Assembly (NCBI GenBank): GCA_951812855.1
Contig: OX638337.1
Location: forward strand, 1,500,001 to 1,532,000
DNA length: 32,000 nucleotides
Source: an uncultured Lentisphaeria bacterium
Lineage (GTDB): Bacteria; Verrucomicrobiota; Lentisphaeria; JABSQK01; JAJFLO01
Direction: 5' to 3'
Numbering within the stretch: the stretch's first letter is position 1; each line of letters starts with the position of its first letter. This document shows, piece by piece, positions 17,424 to 24,748 of this stretch. Below the pieces are notes generated by a model. That model worked only from the letters and a program-made list of their open reading frames with translations, was not told where the DNA came from and did no database searches. The translations under genes were made by a program, and so were the position numbers.

Positions 17424-17648
17424 ATCCGGCGAATTAGTGTAGTTAGAGTCAACTCATGAGTTTTCAAGTTGGGTTATATGAATAAAAACGATTAAATATG
17501 ACACAAAGTCATTCAAGACTTACACGCCATATGTCACGGACTAAAGGCGGAACTCTAAACTTTTCATAAAATTGAAACAATCACTGTGAATCACACAAAT
17601 TAAATTTCCCGGTTGTGTTGTCAATTTATCCAATTCGATAAAAGGTTG

Positions 17649-17890
17649 TCATGGGAGAATTTCTATCGTTTTACTTATATTCCAGTCAGGAAGTCCGGGA
17701 AGATATGTCGTAACAATAACCGCCCGGGTCAGTTTATTATAATCTGCATAGAATGACGATGGAACATTATCTGGAATTTTAAATTCAAAATCTTTAGCTT
17801 TAGTTACCTCCTCCCCTTTATATATGCTTTAGGTAGATATAAATCTAAATTTTGTTGGTGCCTATTCAGGTTATACTGCTTAGATACCAT
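17649..17890 (-). pseudogene. 80-codon ORF interrupted by a 1-nt frame change in a G4 run (C4 on the plus strand, 17813-17816); unknown function
   Basis: On the minus strand, the ATG at 17890 gives MVSKQYNLNRHQQNLDLYLPKAYIKG and then a stop. The adjacent frame continues EEVTKAKDFEFKIPDNVPSSFYADYNKLTRAVIVTTYLPGLPDWNISKTIEILP*. One extra G would join the two. Confidence 0.25.
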
Positions 17891-17995
17891 AGTTTTTCAG
17901 GAGTCATAACCACTGACTGTTGTCTCCCACGCTCTTAGAATTGCTGACGCTGAATTTATTTTTATGTCATACGTTACCTTAAAATTAAGGATGCA

Positions 17996-18019
17996 GGGGG
18001 GGGGGGGGGGGGGGGGGGG
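17996..18019 (+). repeat. Homopolymeric G24 tract (C24 on the minus strand), followed by TAAC and T8 (18024-18031)
   Basis: Counted directly from the sequence lines: G from 17996 to 18019 inclusive. Confidence 0.95.
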
Positions 18020-18046
18020 TAACTTTTTTTTCTGTAATTTCACTTC

Positions 18047-18186
18047 TTCGGGTGTCGGCCCGGAGGGGGACCCAAGCGGTTGTGGCAGCAATCAATTGAG
18101 CCGACGGGCCGGGCACTGCGGAGGGGTTAGACTGGACACGTAGTATTGTCTGATCTAACAACCGCCAGAGGAGGTTTTCACCCGGG
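18047..18186. ncRNA. GC-rich island with nested long-range complementarity; candidate structured RNA of unknown class, strand undetermined
   Basis: My count for 18051-18190 is 86 of 140 G+C (about 61%), in an AT-rich spacer. TTCGGGTG (18047-18054) pairs with CACCCGGG (18179-18186), with two G.U pairs. GCGGTTGT (18076-18083) pairs perfectly with ACAACCGC (18158-18165). GTCGGC (18054-18059) pairs with GCCGAC (18100-18105). Confidence 0.3.
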
Positions 18187-18263
18187 GGAAATTTTTGAGT
18201 TGATAAAAACGCAGGTCATGATGAATTATTGTTTTTTTGCAGCAACAAATAAAGGATCCAATT

Positions 18264-18401
18264 ATGACCCACAATGAAAATAATAAACAATTAAAACGAC
18301 GAATACGAGGGGCATCACTACTCAGATTGGCAAGTGCCATTTTGATTGAAATCGGTGACCAACGGGACGCTGGAAAACGGGACCTGAAAATGGATGATTA
18401 A
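18264..18401 (+). CDS. Possible small ORF (45 aa) upstream of uvrC
   Basis: AAGGA lies 7 nt upstream of the ATG at 18264. The product is MTHNENNKQLKRRIRGASLLRLASAILIEIGDQRDAGKRDLKMDD. No family recognised. Confidence 0.2.
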   Translation: MTHNENNKQLKRRIRGASLLRLASAILIEIGDQRDAGKRDLKMDD

Positions 18402-18495
18402 TGACCTGCGATTATCAAATTACAGAAGAAAATTTGCATTACCAATACAACGTCCAAACAAGATTCGTTAAGGATTTAGGGAATTCCTTAATCTT

Positions 18496-19962
18496 ATGAA
18501 ATCTAAAGCAGAATATAGAGTTTCAGATATTGAAAAAACCCCAGGCGTTTATGTATTTCGGGATCGTTTTAAAAATGTCATCTACATTGGTAAGGCAAAG
18601 TCGCTGCGAAAGCGTCTTGCAACCTATTTCCAGCCGTCACGGAAAAACAGCTGTGATCCGAAACTTAGATCACTCATCCATAGTATTGATTATTTCGAAT
18701 TATTTGTTGTAAGAAATGAACAGGAGGCAATGCTTCTTGAATCTAAACTGATTAAAGAATTTGCTCCGAGATATAATGTTGTATTACGTGATGACAAACG
18801 TTTTTTATTGCTTAAAATTAATATCAATGCATCCTGTCCCAAACTTACACTTGCCAGATTGAAAAAAGATGATGGATGTATGTATTTTGGTCCCTTTCCA
18901 AGAGCCGGAGCATTGCGAGCCACCGTAGACTGTCTAAATCAATACTTTAATTTACGCTCATGCAGCCCGGCGATTCCCGGTGAAAAAGACTGGAAACATT
19001 GTTTAGATCATATTCTTAGATATTGCAGTGCTCCATGCGTCGGTAAAATATCAAAAGGACAGTATAAAAATAAAGTATATGAATTAATTCGAGTCATTGA
19101 AGGTGATACAAAAGAGCTGTCAAGCCAGCTCAGTAAAAAAATGAACAACGCTGCCCAAAAAAAACAGTACGAGAGTGCAGCAAGATATCGAGATATTATT
19201 GAAAATATCAATAGTTTTTTTGGAGCAAAAAACAGGACTTTTGAAAAAAAGTCTATATCTACTTATTCGAGAGTTGAAGGGATAAAAGAACTTAAGGAAA
19301 ATTTAGGAATTAATCAATTACCAGGAATTTTAGAATGTTTTGATATTTCTAATATTTCAGGAAGTTTTGCGGTTGGAAGTATGGTTCGATTTATTAATGG
19401 GCACCCGGCAAAATCACAGTATAGGCGATATCGCATCAAAAATGTAAGTGGGATTGATGATTTCAAAATGATCAATGAAGTCGTAAAACGGCGTTATGAG
19501 AGATTACAAAATGAACAAAGAACTTTCCCTGATTTAATTATTATAGATGGAGGGCCGGGCCAACTTCACGCAGCTTATAATGCGTTAGAAGAATTAGGAT
19601 TATTACACCTTAATATCATTGGACTTGCCAAAAAAAATGAAGAAATATTCACGATGAACAGCAGTCATCCAATCGTATTAGATCGTCATCAGCCTTCTCT
19701 AAAATTACTTCAGTTCATTCGGGATGAAGCACATCGGTTCGCAAATTCTTATCATCAAAAGCTTCGCCACAAACGAATACAGGATTCAGTTATCGACGAA
19801 ATACCCGGGATAGGAAAAAAACGGAAGTTAGAATTATTAAAACAATTCGGATCAATCAATAATCTAAGAAAGAAAAATGCAAAAGAAATAGTAGATAAAA
19901 TGCCTGGAATCGGCCTCAAGTTATCGCATACTATTGCGGACTATTTAAAAAAGCATAATTAA
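18496..19962 (+). CDS. uvrC: Excinuclease ABC subunit C (UvrC), compact form (488 aa)
   Basis: GIY-YIG domain (PGVYVFRDRFKNVIYIGKAKSLRKRLATYF, ESKLIKEFAPRYNV). UVR domain (QYESAARYRDIIENI). RNase-H-like endonuclease region (ECFDISNISG...IIDGGPGQL). C-terminal (HhH)2 (IPGIGKKRKLELLKQFGS...MPGIGLKL). Confidence 0.9.
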   Translation: MKSKAEYRVSDIEKTPGVYVFRDRFKNVIYIGKAKSLRKRLATYFQPSRKNSCDPKLRSLIHSIDYFELFVVRNEQEAMLLESKLIKEFAPRYNVVLRDDKRFLLLKININASCPKLTLARLKKDDGCMYFGPFPRAGALRATVDCLNQYFNLRSCSPAIPGEKDWKHCLDHILRYCSAPCVGKISKGQYKNKVYELIRVIEGDTKELSSQLSKKMNNAAQKKQYESAARYRDIIENINSFFGAKNRTFEKKSISTYSRVEGIKELKENLGINQLPGILECFDISNISGSFAVGSMVRFINGHPAKSQYRRYRIKNVSGIDDFKMINEVVKRRYERLQNEQRTFPDLIIIDGGPGQLHAAYNALEELGLLHLNIIGLAKKNEEIFTMNSSHPIVLDRHQPSLKLLQFIRDEAHRFANSYHQKLRHKRIQDSVIDEIPGIGKKRKLELLKQFGSINNLRKKNAKEIVDKMPGIGLKLSHTIADYLKKHN

Positions 19963-20350
19963 TTATTTAGTCTTACTTGCAGAATAGTACCGCAACTCGA
20001 CTTCTTTTTCTTCAAGGTATGCAACTTGGAGCTCTGCTTCCAAAAGTGCCTTGTCATCACGACTGTTCAGCTCAGAAGTTGTATTTGTTCGTATCCATTT
20101 TAACATATTTACCAGAACTTCCCGGACATTTCTTATTTTATTTGCATTTATTAGACGAACACTACTTACTTCTTTTAAATACTCTGTCCAAAATTTGATT
20201 TATTACTGAAAAAAATGATAATGCTCATATTCTTCCAAAATTATTTCAAAACATAGCCGATTTTAAGGAGCTGCTTCGTTGATCACTGCTGAATATTTGC
20301 TTCTGTTCATTTGACTTGCAGAGTTTAGGATGGAAATTAATTAGCATTCC

Positions 20351-20427
20351 GGGACCATAGCTCAGTTGGTTAGAGCAAGCGACTCATAATCGCTCGGTCG
20401 TAGGTTCGAGCCCTACTGGTCCCACCA
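20351..20427 (+). tRNA. tRNA with anticodon CAU (elongator Met or lysidine-modified Ile2), 3' CCA encoded
   Basis: Manual cloverleaf: acceptor GGGACCA/TGGTCCC, D arm GCTC-AGTTGGTTA-GAGC, anticodon arm AGCGA-CTCATAA-TCGCT, variable loop CGGTC, T arm GTAGG-TTCGAGC-CCTAC, discriminator A, then CCA. Confidence 0.9.
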
Positions 20428-20433
20428 ACAAAA

Positions 20434-21282
20434 TCAGTTGTGAATATTCCCATTATCATTTATTTTTTCAGAACCTGAATTTTCCCCGAACTTTATTATT
20501 GGATAAACCAAACGTTTTAAGATCCCGCGAGGATAAGTTGCCATGGTTTTAAAACCCAGTTTTTCAGGCTGATCCTTGTCCTTTGGCCAATATGCAGTTC
20601 CGAACATCCAGTCCCATACGCTTAAGGCAATACCAAAATTTTGACCGCCTTTTCCATGAACGTCCACATCATGGTGCCAAACATGCATCATAGGTGAATT
20701 AAAAACATAGTTTAGAGGCCCCCAGGATAACGCCAGGTTTGAATGATTTAAATCGCCTATTATTGTGACAATAATCGCAATAAGCATGATTACCCGTTCA
20801 TCAACCCCCAGGACAACAAGCGGCAAATAAGAAATGCTTTTGTAAACAATGATTTCACCCCAATGAAATCGAAAATTCCCAATCCAATCCAACTCTTCAA
20901 TACTGTGGTGGAGTTTATGGAATTCCCACAAAGCAGGAATATTGTGCAATAATCTATGGATATTCCATTCAATAAAATCCTTTATAATAAAAAAAATGAT
21001 AAACTGAACATAAAGCGGATAATTAGACACTAATTTAAGAGATTCAGGAACCGGTAATCCGATGTTCATCAAAAATAAATGCAAAAATTCAATGAGGTAA
21101 CCCGAGAAAAACGCTAATAAAATCCCGAGATAGTGGCCATTGAATATTAACCAGAACAAGTCTTGAGTAAATCCATTTCGAAGGGCTTTTTGATTCTTTC
21201 TCCAGGGGAAAAATCTTTCAATAGTAAAACATAATAAAGAAACAGATATCAACCAAAAGTAGTATTTAATGTAAACTGGCAT
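20434..21282 (-). CDS. Fatty acid hydroxylase / sterol desaturase superfamily membrane protein
   Basis: Three histidine boxes are present: HRLLH, HKLHH and HVWHH. The N-terminal half is hydrophobic. Confidence 0.8.
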   Translation of the reverse strand: MPVYIKYYFWLISVSLLCFTIERFFPWRKNQKALRNGFTQDLFWLIFNGHYLGILLAFFSGYLIEFLHLFLMNIGLPVPESLKLVSNYPLYVQFIIFFIIKDFIEWNIHRLLHNIPALWEFHKLHHSIEELDWIGNFRFHWGEIIVYKSISYLPLVVLGVDERVIMLIAIIVTIIGDLNHSNLALSWGPLNYVFNSPMMHVWHHDVDVHGKGGQNFGIALSVWDWMFGTAYWPKDKDQPEKLGFKTMATYPRGILKRLVYPIIKFGENSGSEKINDNGNIHN

Positions 21283-21601
21283 AATTATTGTGCGTTTTTT
21301 ATTATAGTATAGTTCAATTAAATGAGAATCATTGCTGTTTCCGGTGGATTTCTACTGGATTTTCATACGAGTTTACAATTTTCAAGAACTATTATTGGAG
21401 CAGACTGTTGCTTTCTAAAACCAATCGATATGACAAAACTTCATTCGATCGTTGACGAGTATGCAGCTCAAATCGATGAATAGATACATTTCATTAATAA
21501 TCCAATTGAAACAACGCTGTCATAAATGCCATTTATGATTTTGCCGCCATTATTCTCAATACCTAAAAACGAATTCATTTTTGAGATTGAAGACAAGTTG
21601 C

Positions 21602-23863
21602 TTAATCATGTGGTATTGATTCGATGATATTTTGATTATTATACCGAAAGTATAGGTTTTTTACCATTTTCAATTGCGTATTCAAATCTGTCATCGAAAC
21701 CTCAACATATGTTCCTTTGTTATTGCGAATCGCAATATCAATATCGATAATCCATCGATCCCCGGACCATTGTTTAAACGTATATCGTTTTACTTCCCTG
21801 GTTTTATCTAATTCAATCTTTGTTTTTATTAATTCAACGTGTTGAGTTTTGTGATAAAACCGTGTTTTTGCATTACTCACCCACCCAAATCGTTGTAACC
21901 TGAGCGTATTTCTCCGATCAGAATTGCAAATAATCAAGGTGTTAATAGGAAATCGTTCTGAAATGGAGTAGAGACCATTATAATAGTCTGAACGATTATC
22001 CAATAATATAAATTTATTTACGTTAGTAGTCCCTTTTGATTCCAGGAAAGCTGTTAAGTGATGTCCAAATCTTCTGTTTCCGCTATTTAATACAATTGGC
22101 TCATCTGCAAACTGTTCGGGAATTATAACAATACATGGAACAATGCTTCCCCGAGGTAAAAAAACATAAATCTGAGGATGATGTACAAATAAATTATGAC
22201 TGAATCCCTGAATAGACACAAATCCCGTCAAACATAGTGCAACAAAAAAAAACTGCTTCAGATTTCTCGGAACTGACAACAGTAAAAAAAGTATGAAATA
22301 ATAGATTAGTATCATGAGAATAGATGGTTTTTCAACAGTAACAACCCATCCATATTCTGAGCTGATTTCAGAAAGAAAGCGAATGAAATCTAAATTTACC
22401 GATAATATTTTCCCAATAAAATAATCTGGCCATTGAACAATAAAAATTGTTAAAAACACTTTGATTATACTGATGGAAATTATAATCCATACAAAACTGC
22501 ATACAACAATATTCGTTAGTATTGTTGTGGGCAGAAAAAGCCCATTATAAAAAGCACTTAAACCAACGCTTCCGAGCCATACTGCGACCATACTCAATGC
22601 AGATTTTAAGACACAATCTCTAATTGTAAAAATTGAAAATAGGTTATACTGCCTGGATGACACCGACCACAGCCTGGTTTCATTTAGATAGTTAATGAGC
22701 TCCCGACCTCTATTCCATCCTGAGACTAAACAAAACACAAGAATGTATGAAAATTGAAATCCGGAATGCAGGATATAGAACGGATTTAGAATCAATAGAA
22801 CCAGGGCAGATACCAGTAACGTATTTAAAGTAACAACGGGTAACTTCAATCCTTTTCCACACGACCAGATTGCAAGCATCAGCCACGCTCTCACTGCCGA
22901 CGGCGCTGCCCCTGTCATCACCACATAGATGCCTGATAATAGTGGCGAAACAAAATACTTTTTTTCGTACGGGAGACCAATTAAGCTGAGAACGAAGAAT
23001 ATGATTGTGAAAAGAATACCAACATGAAGTCCACTGATTGCGAAGAGATGCATCATCCCACTTTGAAGATAATTCGCTCGGGAATTCCGGTCAAAATTAG
23101 ATTTTATGCCAAACGTTAATGACGCAAGTATTGATTTATTATCAATATTACTGACATTTTTCGATAATTGATAAAGAATACGGGTTCGAGCTGCGTTCAA
23201 AAAGAGCAAACATCGGCTCATAAACCTCTTATCGATCCCCAATGAAATCGTTTCATTCGGGATGAAAATATGTTTAACCTTCTTTATTTTTAAATAATTG
23301 CGATAATTAAATATTCCCGGAATTAAACTCTCATCCGGCAAAACCAACCTCCCTTTGAGACGTAATTTTTGCCGAAATTCAACAGGCTGATTTGGGTTTA
23401 TGATTAGTATTTTACCGTGACATACCTGCCATTTTTCATGCTTTGAAAGTCGCAGCTTATTTAGCTTAAACTCAAACCGCTTTTGTTCCTGAATCCATTC
23501 CAGATTATCGTTTTTAATCAATCTGTCATCAGCGACAACACCCTCAATTTCAACATATAATTCCGATCGGGGCAGATGTCTTGTATAATCATACCATGGA
23601 GCTTTTATGTGGAGCAGAGTAATGACAAATCCTAATAAAATCCATGCAAACCCTTTCCAAATGCTTATCGGTAAAATAATCAGTAAAAATATCTGCAGAG
23701 TGACAGCAATAATCCCGCCACTAACGGTCTTGAAATGACCGAATTCAACCATGGTCATCGGAACTGAAACTGAAAGAAAGAGAGTAATAACTGGAAGAGC
23801 AGGCAGTGGATTGAAGATTGATTCCCGTAGAGTGAATTTAGTTGAAACGGATTTCAATTTCAT
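21602..23863 (-). CDS. comEC: ComEC/Rec2 DNA-internalisation channel protein with a degenerate C-terminal metallo-beta-lactamase-like domain
   Basis: 753 aa. N-terminal DUF4131-like region, then a competence domain with the hallmark MHLFAISGLHVGILF and many TM helices. The C-terminal ~190 aa align in pattern to the MBL domain but lack the metal ligands (see finding). Confidence 0.85.
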   Translation of the reverse strand: MKLKSVSTKFTLRESIFNPLPALPVITLFLSVSVPMTMVEFGHFKTVSGGIIAVTLQIFLLIILPISIWKGFAWILLGFVITLLHIKAPWYDYTRHLPRSELYVEIEGVVADDRLIKNDNLEWIQEQKRFEFKLNKLRLSKHEKWQVCHGKILIINPNQPVEFRQKLRLKGRLVLPDESLIPGIFNYRNYLKIKKVKHIFIPNETISLGIDKRFMSRCLLFLNAARTRILYQLSKNVSNIDNKSILASLTFGIKSNFDRNSRANYLQSGMMHLFAISGLHVGILFTIIFFVLSLIGLPYEKKYFVSPLLSGIYVVMTGAAPSAVRAWLMLAIWSCGKGLKLPVVTLNTLLVSALVLLILNPFYILHSGFQFSYILVFCLVSGWNRGRELINYLNETRLWSVSSRQYNLFSIFTIRDCVLKSALSMVAVWLGSVGLSAFYNGLFLPTTILTNIVVCSFVWIIISISIIKVFLTIFIVQWPDYFIGKILSVNLDFIRFLSEISSEYGWVVTVEKPSILMILIYYFILFLLLSVPRNLKQFFFVALCLTGFVSIQGFSHNLFVHHPQIYVFLPRGSIVPCIVIIPEQFADEPIVLNSGNRRFGHHLTAFLESKGTTNVNKFILLDNRSDYYNGLYSISERFPINTLIICNSDRRNTLRLQRFGWVSNAKTRFYHKTQHVELIKTKIELDKTREVKRYTFKQWSGDRWIIDIDIAIRNNKGTYVEVSMTDLNTQLKMVKNLYFRYNNQNIIESIPHD

Positions 23864-24564
23864 TTAGTATCACGATCAATTATTCAAATTGTTCTGATTT
23901 TTTGACAACACACCCGGGAAAGTTTGACACTATATTTTGATTCTTGTGATATCTCTAAATTTATCATTCAGTGTTCAGGAAAACAAAACTCTATTCTGTC
24001 TGGATCTGACCTGATTATATTTAGACAGATTTAATATGACTGGATTGATGCGGCAGCTTATAAGCAAAGACTGAAAAAACTAAAGTGCCTGGAAAAGCAT
24101 AACCCCCATTTCAATTTCAGGTCTATACCCGTTAGTGAATTATATACTTATTACTCATTACAAGACAGTAGGTTGTGTTAATAATTATACAACTTAAGTC
24201 GTCTTGAACCTTATTTATATATCGTAACAAAATCATGTACCGGTGATACGCTTCGTTTTAATTCAGGTCCCGTTATGATAGAAACACCGGGTAATCTTTC
24301 CTTTATATTAAAAGGAAATCTTCTGCCCCGGTAATTAGAGTCATGTTATATCGATCCGAACCGCAATTCATAAAATCCGAAACGATATTACTTGTTCCTC
24401 CCGGTACCACTCTGGTAATAATTTGAACTACACTCTTTTCATCGAACTCTCTATTTTCATGAAGATGTCATAGACATGAAAAATAAAATAATTACTTCAG
24501 CTGCTTGCAATATTAAATTTTTTAACAAAATATTAAGGAAAATTTAAATAATTTAAAACTTTAG

Positions 24565-24570
24565 TATAAT
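24565..24570 (+). promoter_or_regulatory. -10-like TATAAT that would give a ~175 nt leader for the C-S lyase gene
   Basis: TATAAT at 24565-24570, with TTTAAA 16 nt upstream. The AT-rich context makes chance matches likely. Confidence 0.25.
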
Positions 24571-24646
24571 TTATACTGTCTACAATGATTAAGTATGAGT
24601 ACATACATTAGTTTCTCCCATGGCAGCAACAAGCTGTCATACCCCC

Positions 24647-24685
24647 GGAGAGCGGTCATCCCCCATGGCCGCTCTTCCTTTTCCT
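24647..24685 (+). terminator. Terminator/attenuator-like hairpin in the 5' leader of the PatB/MalY-type gene
   Basis: GGAGAGCGG (24647-24655) pairs with CCGCTCTTC (24669-24677), giving 9 bp with one G.U and a 13-nt loop, followed by CTTTTCCT. It lies 64 nt upstream of the ATG at 24749. Confidence 0.35.
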
Positions 24686-24748
24686 GGGTATATTGGTACG
24701 TTTCCTATCTTATAACAGAAATGTATATTCCTCCTGAGAGTTAATGAA

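Noticed and set aside
17688-17724. RNase P RNA-like strings AGGAAGUCCGGG (17688-17699) and UAACAAUAACCGCC (17711-17724) on the plus strand
   Set aside because: They resemble the P4 strand (GAGGAAAGUCCGGGC) and the ..ACAGA..AAACCGCC region of RNase P RNA. However, they are only ~12 nt apart, whereas ~70 nt of P5-P10 is required. No GGUAAGGGUGAAA or ACAGAACCCGGCUUA partner exists nearby, and the strings lie inside a protein-like minus-strand frame.
18038-18051. 5S rRNA-like motif CCGAAGAAGUGAAA on the minus strand; also tmRNA, SRP and twister-like strings in 18040-18200
   Set aside because: 5S rRNA requires CCGAACUCAGAAGUGAAAC inside a ~120-nt three-helix junction closed by helix I, and here the motif lies outside the closing helices. 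I found no tRNA-like 3' end (tmRNA) and no GGUCCGGAAGGAAGCAGC (SRP). CCCAAGC and GGAGGGG occur, but without the twister P4 hairpin.
17897-18091. 64-codon minus-strand ORF containing a Pro8 run
   Set aside because: The poly-proline is simply the C24 tract translated. There is no start context or homology, so it is an artefact of the homopolymer.
18155-19211. Track ORFs 18155-18340(-), 18530-18712(+), 18690-18923(-) and 19008-19211(-)
   Set aside because: They are antisense to, or in alternative frames within, uvrC or its upstream spacer, and have no motifs.
19977-20198. 73-codon plus-strand ORF between uvrC and the tRNA
   Set aside because: The translation is hydrophobic and low-complexity. 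The opposite strand carries a more protein-like open frame (noted in the relic finding), and neither can be supported as an intact gene.
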